A stretch of DNA of 44,442 nucleotides from a virus (Duplodnaviria > Caudoviricetes): positions 1 to 44,442 of the IMG/VR virus record IMGVR_UViG_3300032332_002014. The stretch is one strand, 5' to 3'. The translations under genes and the position numbers were made by a program. A model generated the notes under the pieces. It did not search any database. It saw only the letters and a list, made by a program, of their open reading frames with translations, and had not been told where the DNA came from. This document shows, in pieces, positions 36,675-44,442 of this stretch (the stretch's first letter is position 1; every line of letters starts with the position of its first letter).

Positions 36675-38834
36675 ATGGCACGTATAATTAATTCTCCAGG
36701 CGTTCAAATTACAGAAACAGATCTTTCTGTTACACAGCAATTTGGTGGTGGCACTAATGTCTTCGTTGCAGGTTTTGCCTCCCAAGGGCCAACAGACGAA
36801 GTTTTACAAGTTTCAACAGTTTCCGAGCTTGAACAAATTTTTGGTATACCTCAAACACCCGCTGAGAGATATTTTTATCAATCCGGTAAAGAAATTTTAA
36901 ATTCTACAGCAAACCTTTTAGTAACTAGACTTCCATATGGTTCTGGATCTGGTGAAGGTTTTGCACAACAATATAGTGCATTATTTTATCCAGTAGCATC
37001 TGCTACCGGTGGATTTGCAATCGGTAAACCAGTTACAAAAAACTTAACACAAAGCCAATATGATAACTTAATTCAAGGCAATATTACCTGGAATAATGTA
37101 CTAACACAAGGTGCAGCTATTTCTGGTACAGGCGCATTATCCGGAACTGTTATCGGTTATGCCCCTGATGCTGCAACCTATAACGGTACTACAGTTAACG
37201 CCGGTATTGTTATTTTAAATAGTGCCCAGACAAGTATTAACGAAAAATTTGAAGGTTATTATGTAACCATCACCGACAACACAGGTTTTGGTGCCAATAC
37301 TAACTTTGATGCTGTTAATACACTTTTTAGTCTTTCCGGTAGTGAAAGCTTTTATTCAGTACCTACTGGTCGTTTAAGTTTTGCTCTTTCAGCAACAAAA
37401 GACCAGCTCGGCTCTGGATCAATATCCGAAGCTATTGAATTTATACCAACTTACAACTTTAATGATTCATATTATAACGATTCTGTTGTAGTAAGTGTTT
37501 TCAAAGTTCGTAACTCAATTTACGAGCCTCAAGCTTTAACATACAGTCTTGCAGAGGCATTCATTGGCTCTCTTGACAGTCAAAAGAAAACAGTAGCAAA
37601 CGTAGGTGGAACACCTAGAACATTCTATATTGAAAATCTTGTTAATACAGGCTCCTCAAATATTAAAGTTTTAGTTAACCCAGCTATTTCTATAAACACT
37701 GATTGGACAAGTTTAAGTTCAATCAACCCCAGTAAATCAGTTACTATTACAACTGATAATAAAGCAGCTTACCCTGTTGGAACATATGTACCTACATACA
37801 CCCGGGCTACAAATAAAGAAATCGGTGCTACTATTGATAAAATTAATCGCGCTTTAACACACATCGAAACACCTGAAACTGTTCTTGTGGATGTAGTGGT
37901 TGATGCTGGTCTATCAACAATTCACGCTATGGCCTCTAGTGGGACATTTAGTGAAACAACAACAGTTTCAAACACCGATTTAGATAGTGGAACATCTGAA
38001 ATTGTAATAAGATGGAGAGCAGTTTTCAATGCATTTAATAGCTTTGTACAAAACACTCGTAAAGACTGTATGTTTATTGCAGATCCTTTAAGACCTGTAT
38101 TTGTTAAAGGTGAAGACGTTAAAACCCTATCATTACGCTCTAATACCTTTTCACAGCATATTTACTCCCCGCTTAAAAAGCACTTTGAATCGATTAATAC
38201 AAACTACACTGCCGCGTATGGTAACTGGCTTAAAGCTTATGACGCTTTTGCTGATAAAGCAGTCTGGGTACCATCTTCAGGTTATGTAGCTGCAGTATAT
38301 GCTCGTACAGATGCTGCAACACAGACATGGTTTGCACCAGCAGGTTTCAACCGCGGTACTATTAATAATATTGTTGATATTGCATTTAATCCAAATCAAA
38401 AGCAACGAGATTTCTTATATACAATTGCTATTAACCCAATTGCATTATTCTCAGGAGATGGTTTTGTAGTATTTGGTCAAAAAACATTACAAAATAAACC
38501 ATCAGCATTTGATCGTGTTAATGTTCGTAGATTGTTCTTGACTCTCGAAAGAGCAGTACAGAGAACACTTAAATACTTTGTATTTGAGCCAAATACTGAC
38601 TTTACAAGAACTCGTTTACGTAATACTATTTCACCGGTATTTGAACTAGCTCGTAACACTCAAGGTTTATATGATTACCTGATCGTTTGTGATGAACGCA
38701 ACAATCCACCTGATCTTATTGATCGTAATGAGTTAGCAGTTGATATTTATGTTAAACCAACCCGTGCAGCTGAGTTTATCTTAGTAAACTTTATTGCTAC
38801 ACGTACAAGTCAAAACTTCTTAGAGCTTATCTAA
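36675..38834 (+). CDS. 18: contractile tail sheath gp18
   Basis: SPGVQITETD, WFAPAGFNRG, FGQKTL, AFDRVNVRRL, FEPN and IYVKPTRAAEFI motifs. Confidence 0.96.
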   Translation: MARIINSPGVQITETDLSVTQQFGGGTNVFVAGFASQGPTDEVLQVSTVSELEQIFGIPQTPAERYFYQSGKEILNSTANLLVTRLPYGSGSGEGFAQQYSALFYPVASATGGFAIGKPVTKNLTQSQYDNLIQGNITWNNVLTQGAAISGTGALSGTVIGYAPDAATYNGTTVNAGIVILNSAQTSINEKFEGYYVTITDNTGFGANTNFDAVNTLFSLSGSESFYSVPTGRLSFALSATKDQLGSGSISEAIEFIPTYNFNDSYYNDSVVVSVFKVRNSIYEPQALTYSLAEAFIGSLDSQKKTVANVGGTPRTFYIENLVNTGSSNIKVLVNPAISINTDWTSLSSINPSKSVTITTDNKAAYPVGTYVPTYTRATNKEIGATIDKINRALTHIETPETVLVDVVVDAGLSTIHAMASSGTFSETTTVSNTDLDSGTSEIVIRWRAVFNAFNSFVQNTRKDCMFIADPLRPVFVKGEDVKTLSLRSNTFSQHIYSPLKKHFESINTNYTAAYGNWLKAYDAFADKAVWVPSSGYVAAVYARTDAATQTWFAPAGFNRGTINNIVDIAFNPNQKQRDFLYTIAINPIALFSGDGFVVFGQKTLQNKPSAFDRVNVRRLFLTLERAVQRTLKYFVFEPNTDFTRTRLRNTISPVFELARNTQGLYDYLIVCDERNNPPDLIDRNELAVDIYVKPTRAAEFILVNFIATRTSQNFLELI

Positions 38835-38840
38835 TAAATA
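38835..38840 (+). promoter_or_regulatory. late promoter core TAAATA for the tail tube
   Basis: aataaatatataaaagattATG. Confidence 0.6.
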
Positions 38841-38851
38841 TATAAAAGATT

Positions 38852-39445
38852 ATGTCACAAAATATATCAGACTTCTATACAGTAGCACAGCAAAGAGATT
38901 TTGCACGTCAATTTCAATTTCGTCTTGCATTACTCGCAAACACAAATTTTGGAGAATCAGAATTTGTATATGTTGAAACAGCTAACTTACCCGGCCGGTC
39001 TATAACAAATATACCAGTACCATTCATGGGCCTACAGTTTAACGTTCCAGGTACAGCTACATATCCAGGTTCTGATGCTTGGTCCGTTCAGTTCCGCTGT
39101 GATCAAAACTACAATATTCGAGCAGCTTTAGAAAACGCTACTATTAATACATTTGATGATGCTACATCTGACGGTGATTTTAATATAGCTCGTAACAGTT
39201 CGAGAATTATATTAAATCTCTTAGGTAAAGATCCTACTAGTACTGTTCGTCAATACACTCTATATGGTGCTTATGTTGTTTCTGTAGGTGAGTCTACCTA
39301 CAATTTAACTGATAGTGGCTCTATTGTAACTGTTCCAGCAACACTAGCTTATCAATATTGGAGAGTGACTGAGCTTGGTAGTAGTAAAGTACAACCACAA
39401 GCAACGGAGGTTAGCTCAACTACATACGGGGTACGCAACGGTTAA
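38852..39445 (+). CDS. 19: tail tube protein gp19
   Basis: Follows the sheath gene. ARQFQF, ANLPG, VPFMG, W.VQF and LAYQYW motifs. Confidence 0.85.
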   Translation: MSQNISDFYTVAQQRDFARQFQFRLALLANTNFGESEFVYVETANLPGRSITNIPVPFMGLQFNVPGTATYPGSDAWSVQFRCDQNYNIRAALENATINTFDDATSDGDFNIARNSSRIILNLLGKDPTSTVRQYTLYGAYVVSVGESTYNLTDSGSIVTVPATLAYQYWRVTELGSSKVQPQATEVSSTTYGVRNG

Positions 39446-39482
39446 AAATAAAATTTAGCTTATTAAATAATAATGCTAAATT

Positions 39483-40220
39483 ATGCCAGCTACAACCACT
39501 ATACCTGATCGTTTTAAAGCCGGTCAATACAATAGTCAAATACCGCATTTTTTAACAAATTTTTTATCTAAATTTGAAACCGCTATACCTAAAGGAGCTC
39601 AATGGGCACTCTTTTTTGAGGGCTTATCTGATATAGTAGATGTAGTTTTAACTACAATAAAAGAAAGAGAACCCGGTGGCTGGGATATTAATGCTCTAGC
39701 TAACAAAATTGGTAAGGATGAAGTAATACAAACAACAAAAGGTTGTTTATTTGCACAGGCTGTTGAAATACCTAGTGAAAGTATTGTTGCTAACCCTGAA
39801 GGTATTCAAATGAACGGTTTTTTGCGCACTACTACCGGTAATGGCCGCGGCGACTATTCTTCTGGCTTAAGAATAGCATTTTTAGAAACCAATTATAGCT
39901 TCGTAGATACTGTAATTAGACCCTGGGTAATTACTACCGGTCACTTAGGTCTTATAGCTAGACCACCCGAGCAACAATATCGCTGTAATATAGTTGTTTG
40001 TAAGCTTGGCGCCGTTGCAGGACCCATTTTAAATCGAAACGGAACAGTTAAAACAGAAGGTACCGGACCTGTAATTCTACAGAAATATACTTTTCATGAT
40101 GCTTGCCCTATTTCAATTACAGGTGAAGAGTATAACTACTCTCAAGCTACAGGCCCGGTAATTAGAGAAACATCATTCCTATACAATTACTATACTGTTT
40201 CTCATAATATTAACATTTAA
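39483..40220 (+). CDS. baseplate tail-tube initiator (gp54/gp48-like, tube fold)
   Basis: AQAVEIP, IAFLET and YTFHDACPISI..Y...F.YNYY motifs. TAAATA at 39464-39469. Confidence 0.6.
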   Translation: MPATTTIPDRFKAGQYNSQIPHFLTNFLSKFETAIPKGAQWALFFEGLSDIVDVVLTTIKEREPGGWDINALANKIGKDEVIQTTKGCLFAQAVEIPSESIVANPEGIQMNGFLRTTTGNGRGDYSSGLRIAFLETNYSFVDTVIRPWVITTGHLGLIARPPEQQYRCNIVVCKLGAVAGPILNRNGTVKTEGTGPVILQKYTFHDACPISITGEEYNYSQATGPVIRETSFLYNYYTVSHNINI

Positions 40221-40262
40221 GAAAAGTTTATTATTTGCAAAACTACACTTAAGTAAATTCAT

Positions 40263-41156
40263 ATGACAGAATTTACCACAAAAGTAGATTTGTTAAATAG
40301 TAGTGCTGTTATAAGTGAGTTAAAGGTAAAACATTTTAAAGTCTTATTAAAAACTCTTTTAGGTGATAAGCCAAATATAGAGGACGTTTTTACAAACGTT
40401 TTAAATATTTGCAAAGATACTACACGGTACAGTATTGATGAACTTAAAAAACTATCTGTTATAGATTTTTTACTTATTATTTTGTATTTAAGATGTGTTA
40501 GTATTGGAAATAACATTCAACTCGAACTTATAGATGAAACTAATACTAAAATAGTGTTAAATTTGTACAAGGTTATTGAAAACCTAAAACAACCTTTAAA
40601 TTTTAAGTTTAAACAAGTTATTGAAAATATAAAAATAGAATATCAAATTTTATCTATATATGATTTTGTCTTTTTAAATGTTCATAAAAATGAACTATTA
40701 GATTTTAAAAAATATATTAAAAAAATTATTTTTACTGAAAACGATCATATCGATGTACAAGGTTTAAATAATAATGAATTTTTAAATCTTTTCAAAGCTT
40801 TACCAGCAAATTATAGTGTTTTAATTTTTGAGCATATTTTAACACTATCTCAACAATTGCAGCAAATTAACTTATTAGAACATTTAACACATAAAAATCT
40901 TTCTTTGTATCTTAATCAAAATACTTTTGCTTTTATCTTACAAATTTTGTTTAGTAAAAATTTATTACCTTTATATGAAAACGTTTTTGCTTTAGCAAAA
41001 TTCGCTAATATTTCTCCTGAGTATATTGAAAATTGTACCCCCGGTGAATATACTATTTTTGTTAAATTACTTGAACGAATCTTAAAAGAACAAACTACTC
41101 AAAAACAAGCTAATAGTTTACCTCCAATAAATGAAAGTAATCCTAAATTTATGTAG
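40263..41156 (+). CDS. baseplate hub assembly protein, gp26-like N-terminus with gp51-like C-terminus
   Basis: ELKVKHFKVLL and D..IILYLRCVSIG are gp26-like. LYENVFAL...EYIENCTPGEYTIFVKLL is gp51-like. TAAGTA at 40250-40255. Confidence 0.55.
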   Translation: MTEFTTKVDLLNSSAVISELKVKHFKVLLKTLLGDKPNIEDVFTNVLNICKDTTRYSIDELKKLSVIDFLLIILYLRCVSIGNNIQLELIDETNTKIVLNLYKVIENLKQPLNFKFKQVIENIKIEYQILSIYDFVFLNVHKNELLDFKKYIKKIIFTENDHIDVQGLNNNEFLNLFKALPANYSVLIFEHILTLSQQLQQINLLEHLTHKNLSLYLNQNTFAFILQILFSKNLLPLYENVFALAKFANISPEYIENCTPGEYTIFVKLLERILKEQTTQKQANSLPPINESNPKFM

Positions 41157-41188
41157 CTTTTTAAAAATTCATCGCATAAATTATTTAA

Positions 41189-42007
41189 ATGGCTGATAAT
41201 ATTAATAATGTTTTAAATTTTTTAAAAGAGCTTAGTATTGCAACAAGCTTTAATATTACAGTTCCATCAACACAAGAAGAATTAACTTTTAAGCAATTAA
41301 ACACTGAACAGTTAAAACAATTACTTGAAACTATAGCAGATACTACAGCTTTTAATAGTAAATTTAATACTACTTTTTATAAAATTTTAAAAGAAAATTT
41401 ATTAACTTCAAACATAAACATAGATAATTTAACTATTTATGATGCTCAATATATTGCACTACAAATACGAATAAATAGTTTATCTGAAAAATATACAATT
41501 CATTTTACAGATGACGAGATTGAATCATATCAATTACCTGCTACTAAGCACGAGATAAATCTTAAAGAGGTAATTACTAATAAAAATTTAAATAGTATTA
41601 TAGACGAAACTATTTTAGATAATAGTGTTTATGTAACCTGTAAAGTACCTACAATAAAAGATGAGAACGATTTTATCAAATATTTTTCTGATAACATAAA
41701 CACACTTTTAAACAAAGAATTACAAAATGTAGTCGGAGAAATTTTTCTGTATGAAATAGCTAAATGCATTAAAAACGTGTCAATTAATGACATTAATACA
41801 GAATTTTCAACACTCACTTTTAAAAATAGGATTGAAGTTGTAAAACAACTACCAACTACCCTTACCGGTAAAATAATTTCTTATATCGAAAAATATAAAC
41901 AAGCCCTATATAATCTTTATCTTATTGATATTGAAGCACAAATACAAAGTAAAACCTATATTTTACAAAAAGAGTTACAATATAACGCTGCTCTATTCAA
42001 TTATTAA
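41189..42007 (+). CDS. baseplate hub subunit gp26-like protein
   Basis: ITVPSTQEELTFKQL, LTIYD.QYI.LQIR.NSL and KVPTI motifs. Confidence 0.6.
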   Translation: MADNINNVLNFLKELSIATSFNITVPSTQEELTFKQLNTEQLKQLLETIADTTAFNSKFNTTFYKILKENLLTSNINIDNLTIYDAQYIALQIRINSLSEKYTIHFTDDEIESYQLPATKHEINLKEVITNKNLNSIIDETILDNSVYVTCKVPTIKDENDFIKYFSDNINTLLNKELQNVVGEIFLYEIAKCIKNVSINDINTEFSTLTFKNRIEVVKQLPTTLTGKIISYIEKYKQALYNLYLIDIEAQIQSKTYILQKELQYNAALFNY

Positions 42008-42011
42008 AAAC

Positions 42012-42035
42012 AGTCACTTAAATATTTAAGTGACT
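42012..42035. promoter_or_regulatory. 24-bp perfect palindrome spanning the late promoter and the GTG start codon
   Basis: AGTCACTTAAAT|ATTTAAGTGACT, containing TAAATA (42019-42024) and GTG (42030-42032). Confidence 0.8.
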
Positions 42036-44270
42036 ACTAGTTTACCGAAACCTCTACAAAACGATTTTGATACTATAGTAATAGATCTATTATCTCGTTA
42101 TAGTCTTGATAATAAATCTGTACAAAAGTTTGTACAGATTGTAGCTCAGCAAGTACGGGATATACGTCGCTTACCTCGCACCTTACAGCCTTCTAAAAAT
42201 AGCACTAATAGTGCAAGAACTAACACTCCTGATAATAAAGAGACAAAAGATGGTACAGATAAACCCAATTTTTTGACTCGTCTTCAAAACGTTCAAAATA
42301 CTTTTAATAAAGGTGGATTATTAGGAGTATTTTTTGAATATCTTAAAAATAAACAAGCTGATGCTAAAGCTAAAATAACACCCGCGGAACCATTAAAATT
42401 TAAACAAGATGAAGATACAAAAGACGAAAACGGTAGCGAAGTTCGAACTACAGAACAAAAAAATGCAGTAACCGGAGAAATTATTACCCGACTAGATAAA
42501 CTACAAGAAAGTGTAATAACTCAACTTGATAAATTACAAGAAGCATTTGATAGTAAAGGCTTAATAAACATAGCCCAAAGTATTTTAACAACTCTAAAAA
42601 AGAATCCTAAAAAAGAATCAGAAAAAGAAAATGTTAAATATACTAAAGAACAAGAAGACACTGCAATACCTATTTCTACAGCTGCTAATAAAATAGTAGA
42701 AGATAGTGAACTACCTTCAGCTATTAGTAACACATTTACAACAGTTCCACAAAATACAAATTTTTCTACAGTTAATGCAACAGATACTCAAACAAATAAA
42801 ACAAATACTTTTACAACAGTTCCACAAAATACAAATTTTTCAACAGTTAATGCAACAAATGCTCAAACTGTAGCGCCTAATACTACCAATTTATCTCAAA
42901 TTAATACATCTCAAGCTCAAGCAGAAGATTATCTGCCAGATGAAATTGATGTTATAGTGGGTGGTATAAATGATTACGGTAAAAGAGATTTAAGAGAAGT
43001 GTTAAGCTCTGTTATAGAAGACTTAATACCTAAAGAAAAACAAAGCGTACCAGCAAAAGATAAAAAAGAGGCCACTGAAAGCGGAGAAGGTGGAGGTTTA
43101 ATAGGCCTACTTGCTAATTTAAGTCAAATGGGAGGAGTTGTAGGCCGTTTATTACCAATGTTAGGTAGTTTTGCAAGTACACTCGGGTCCGTAGCTGCAA
43201 TAGCAGGTACTGTAGTTGCAGGAGATATAATAGGTGGACAAATTGGTAAAGCTATAGGTTCTAATGAAAAATTTAGTGAATTTTTTTACGGCTCTCCAAC
43301 TGCCGGTAAAGAAGCTTATGAAAAATACGGAACCGGTATAGAAGGATTTGCTAATGCATCATATGATTTATTATTTGGTCAAGGTGCAGAATTACGTCAA
43401 GAAGCAAAAGAAAGTAAAGTTAGAGAAGAAAAACTTAAAATTGATCACGCAAAAAATTCTAGAGAAAAAATACAAAAAACTATTGCAACTAAAAGCCCGG
43501 AAGAAGTTAAAAAACTACAAGAAAAAACACAAAACAAATTACAAGAAACCCAAGAAAAGGTTAAACAGCTTCAAGAAGAATATGAAAAGGTAAAAGATCC
43601 TATGGAAGGCTGGAACCCGTTTCGTTCTAAAGAAAAAGATCAAGCTGAATTTGATGCAAAACAACGTTTGGAGAATGCACAACAACAAGTTGAACAACTG
43701 CAAAGCGCTTTAACTGAATTTAATAAAACAGGCACCGTTACTCCATCTACTACAGATACACAACCACCAACACAAGAATCACAGATTACTTCTGAAAATA
43801 CTACACCCACAGCAGTTGCACCCATACCTGAAGTAGCTGATGCTATGTTTAACCCTGAGGGTGGATTACTGGTATCATCACCAAAAGAAGGATCTTTGTT
43901 TCAGCTTAGTAAAAATGATGGTTTAGTTGCTGGACCATTAACATCTGTTACTCCAGAAACAACAAAAGTATCGTCATCAATACCTTCTTCAGTATCAGAA
44001 ACTCATATTACAAATAATAATGCTGATGAAAAAACCTTATACGAAATTGCAAATAATACAAAAGAGACAAACAAATCTCTAAATACACTCAGTAATGCTG
44101 TATTTCAATTAGCAAAAGTTTTTGATAATAAAACAATGAGTGGTGGTAGTAATAGTGTTCTTATCAATAACAACGGCAAAGTTCAAGAGTATACAAGTAC
44201 CGCTCAAATAGCTGCAAATAATGTAGATAGTATAAGAAGTATAAGACAGCAATTTTTAGCAGTTACTTAA
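42030..44270 (+). CDS. putative tape measure/baseplate hub protein (gp29-like)
   Basis: 746 aa, low complexity, with coiled coils and a Gly/Ala hydrophobic segment. Follows the gp26/gp51-like genes. Confidence 0.55.
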   Translation: MTTSLPKPLQNDFDTIVIDLLSRYSLDNKSVQKFVQIVAQQVRDIRRLPRTLQPSKNSTNSARTNTPDNKETKDGTDKPNFLTRLQNVQNTFNKGGLLGVFFEYLKNKQADAKAKITPAEPLKFKQDEDTKDENGSEVRTTEQKNAVTGEIITRLDKLQESVITQLDKLQEAFDSKGLINIAQSILTTLKKNPKKESEKENVKYTKEQEDTAIPISTAANKIVEDSELPSAISNTFTTVPQNTNFSTVNATDTQTNKTNTFTTVPQNTNFSTVNATNAQTVAPNTTNLSQINTSQAQAEDYLPDEIDVIVGGINDYGKRDLREVLSSVIEDLIPKEKQSVPAKDKKEATESGEGGGLIGLLANLSQMGGVVGRLLPMLGSFASTLGSVAAIAGTVVAGDIIGGQIGKAIGSNEKFSEFFYGSPTAGKEAYEKYGTGIEGFANASYDLLFGQGAELRQEAKESKVREEKLKIDHAKNSREKIQKTIATKSPEEVKKLQEKTQNKLQETQEKVKQLQEEYEKVKDPMEGWNPFRSKEKDQAEFDAKQRLENAQQQVEQLQSALTEFNKTGTVTPSTTDTQPPTQESQITSENTTPTAVAPIPEVADAMFNPEGGLLVSSPKEGSLFQLSKNDGLVAGPLTSVTPETTKVSSSIPSSVSETHITNNNADEKTLYEIANNTKETNKSLNTLSNAVFQLAKVFDNKTMSGGSNSVLINNNGKVQEYTSTAQIAANNVDSIRSIRQQFLAVT
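42729..42869 (+). repeat. in-frame tandem duplication, 75-nt (25-aa) period
   Basis: NTFTTVPQNTNFSTVNAT occurs twice, starting at 42729 and 42804, nearly identical at the DNA level. Confidence 0.9.
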
Positions 44271-44286
44271 CGGTATAAGTATTATT

Positions 44287-44442
44287 ATGGCATCTACGGC
44301 TTCTTTGTATGATATTGGCACAGCAGAATCTAGTAAATATGGAAAATCGTCTGCCGGGCTTGCTGTACCTAAAGCAAACAGCGGAGGTATTGATGTAATT
44401 TATGATTATACTTGGACATTAACACCACCAACAAGTCGTAAA
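44287..44442 (+). CDS. partial ORF running off the window (probable late structural gene)
   Basis: MASTASLYDIGTAESSKYG...YDYTWTLTPPTSRK stays open to the window end. TATAAGTA at 44274-44281. Confidence 0.6.
   Translation, partial: MASTASLYDIGTAESSKYGKSSAGLAVPKANSGGIDVIYDYTWTLTPPTSRK

Noticed and set aside
3144-43825. Many 60-115 aa alternative-frame or antisense ORFs in the track (e.g. 3144, 8525, 16805, 18141, 21785, 26188, 27835, 32184, 34777, 43348)
   Set aside because: They overlap well-supported genes, have no recognisable motifs and look like shadow ORFs.
1-44442. Presence of common restriction sites (GGATCC, AAGCTT, GAATTC, GATC) as evidence of protected DNA
   Set aside because: This is compatible with modification but meaningless without observed/expected counts and a known host.
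1-44442. CRISPR arrays, tRNA/rRNA genes, alternative genetic code, strong intrinsic terminators
   Set aside because: I saw no spaced repeats or cloverleaf-like segments. Intergenic gaps are very short, the standard code gives full-length genes ending in TAA, TAG and TGA, and no convincing GC hairpin plus U-tract was found by eye.

Overview
This window is part of a large, AT-rich T4-like (Tevenvirinae-style core) myophage genome. In order, it contains: (i) a short minus-strand late cluster, including an unannotated 47-aa gene with a T4-type capsid-targeting N-terminus; (ii) uvsY-uvsW-gp55-gp47; (iii) a ~12 kb, 16-gene glycosyltransferase/methyltransferase island splitting gp47 from gp46; (iv) gp46, a GT-B glycosyltransferase and the gp43 DNA polymerase; (v) a 7-deazaguanine DNA-modification cassette (TGT-fold DpdA3-like protein, PurN-like formyltransferase, P-loop nucleotide kinase, QueF), with FolE ~5.5 kb downstream, pointing to formylated preQ1 replacing G, probably at the nucleotide-pool level; (vi) a Seg-like GIY-YIG homing endonuclease flanked by short direct repeats, then uvsX, gp41, gp59-like, gp32 and gp45; (vii) terminase and tail/baseplate genes. 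Late TAAATA boxes and sigma70-like promoters sit 5-14 nt upstream of start codons with no obvious Shine-Dalgarno, suggesting near-leaderless translation. A perfect 24-bp palindrome covers the late promoter and start codon of the putative tape-measure gene. All family calls come from motif recognition and gene order by eye; no searches were run. No tRNA, rRNA or CRISPR array was seen.
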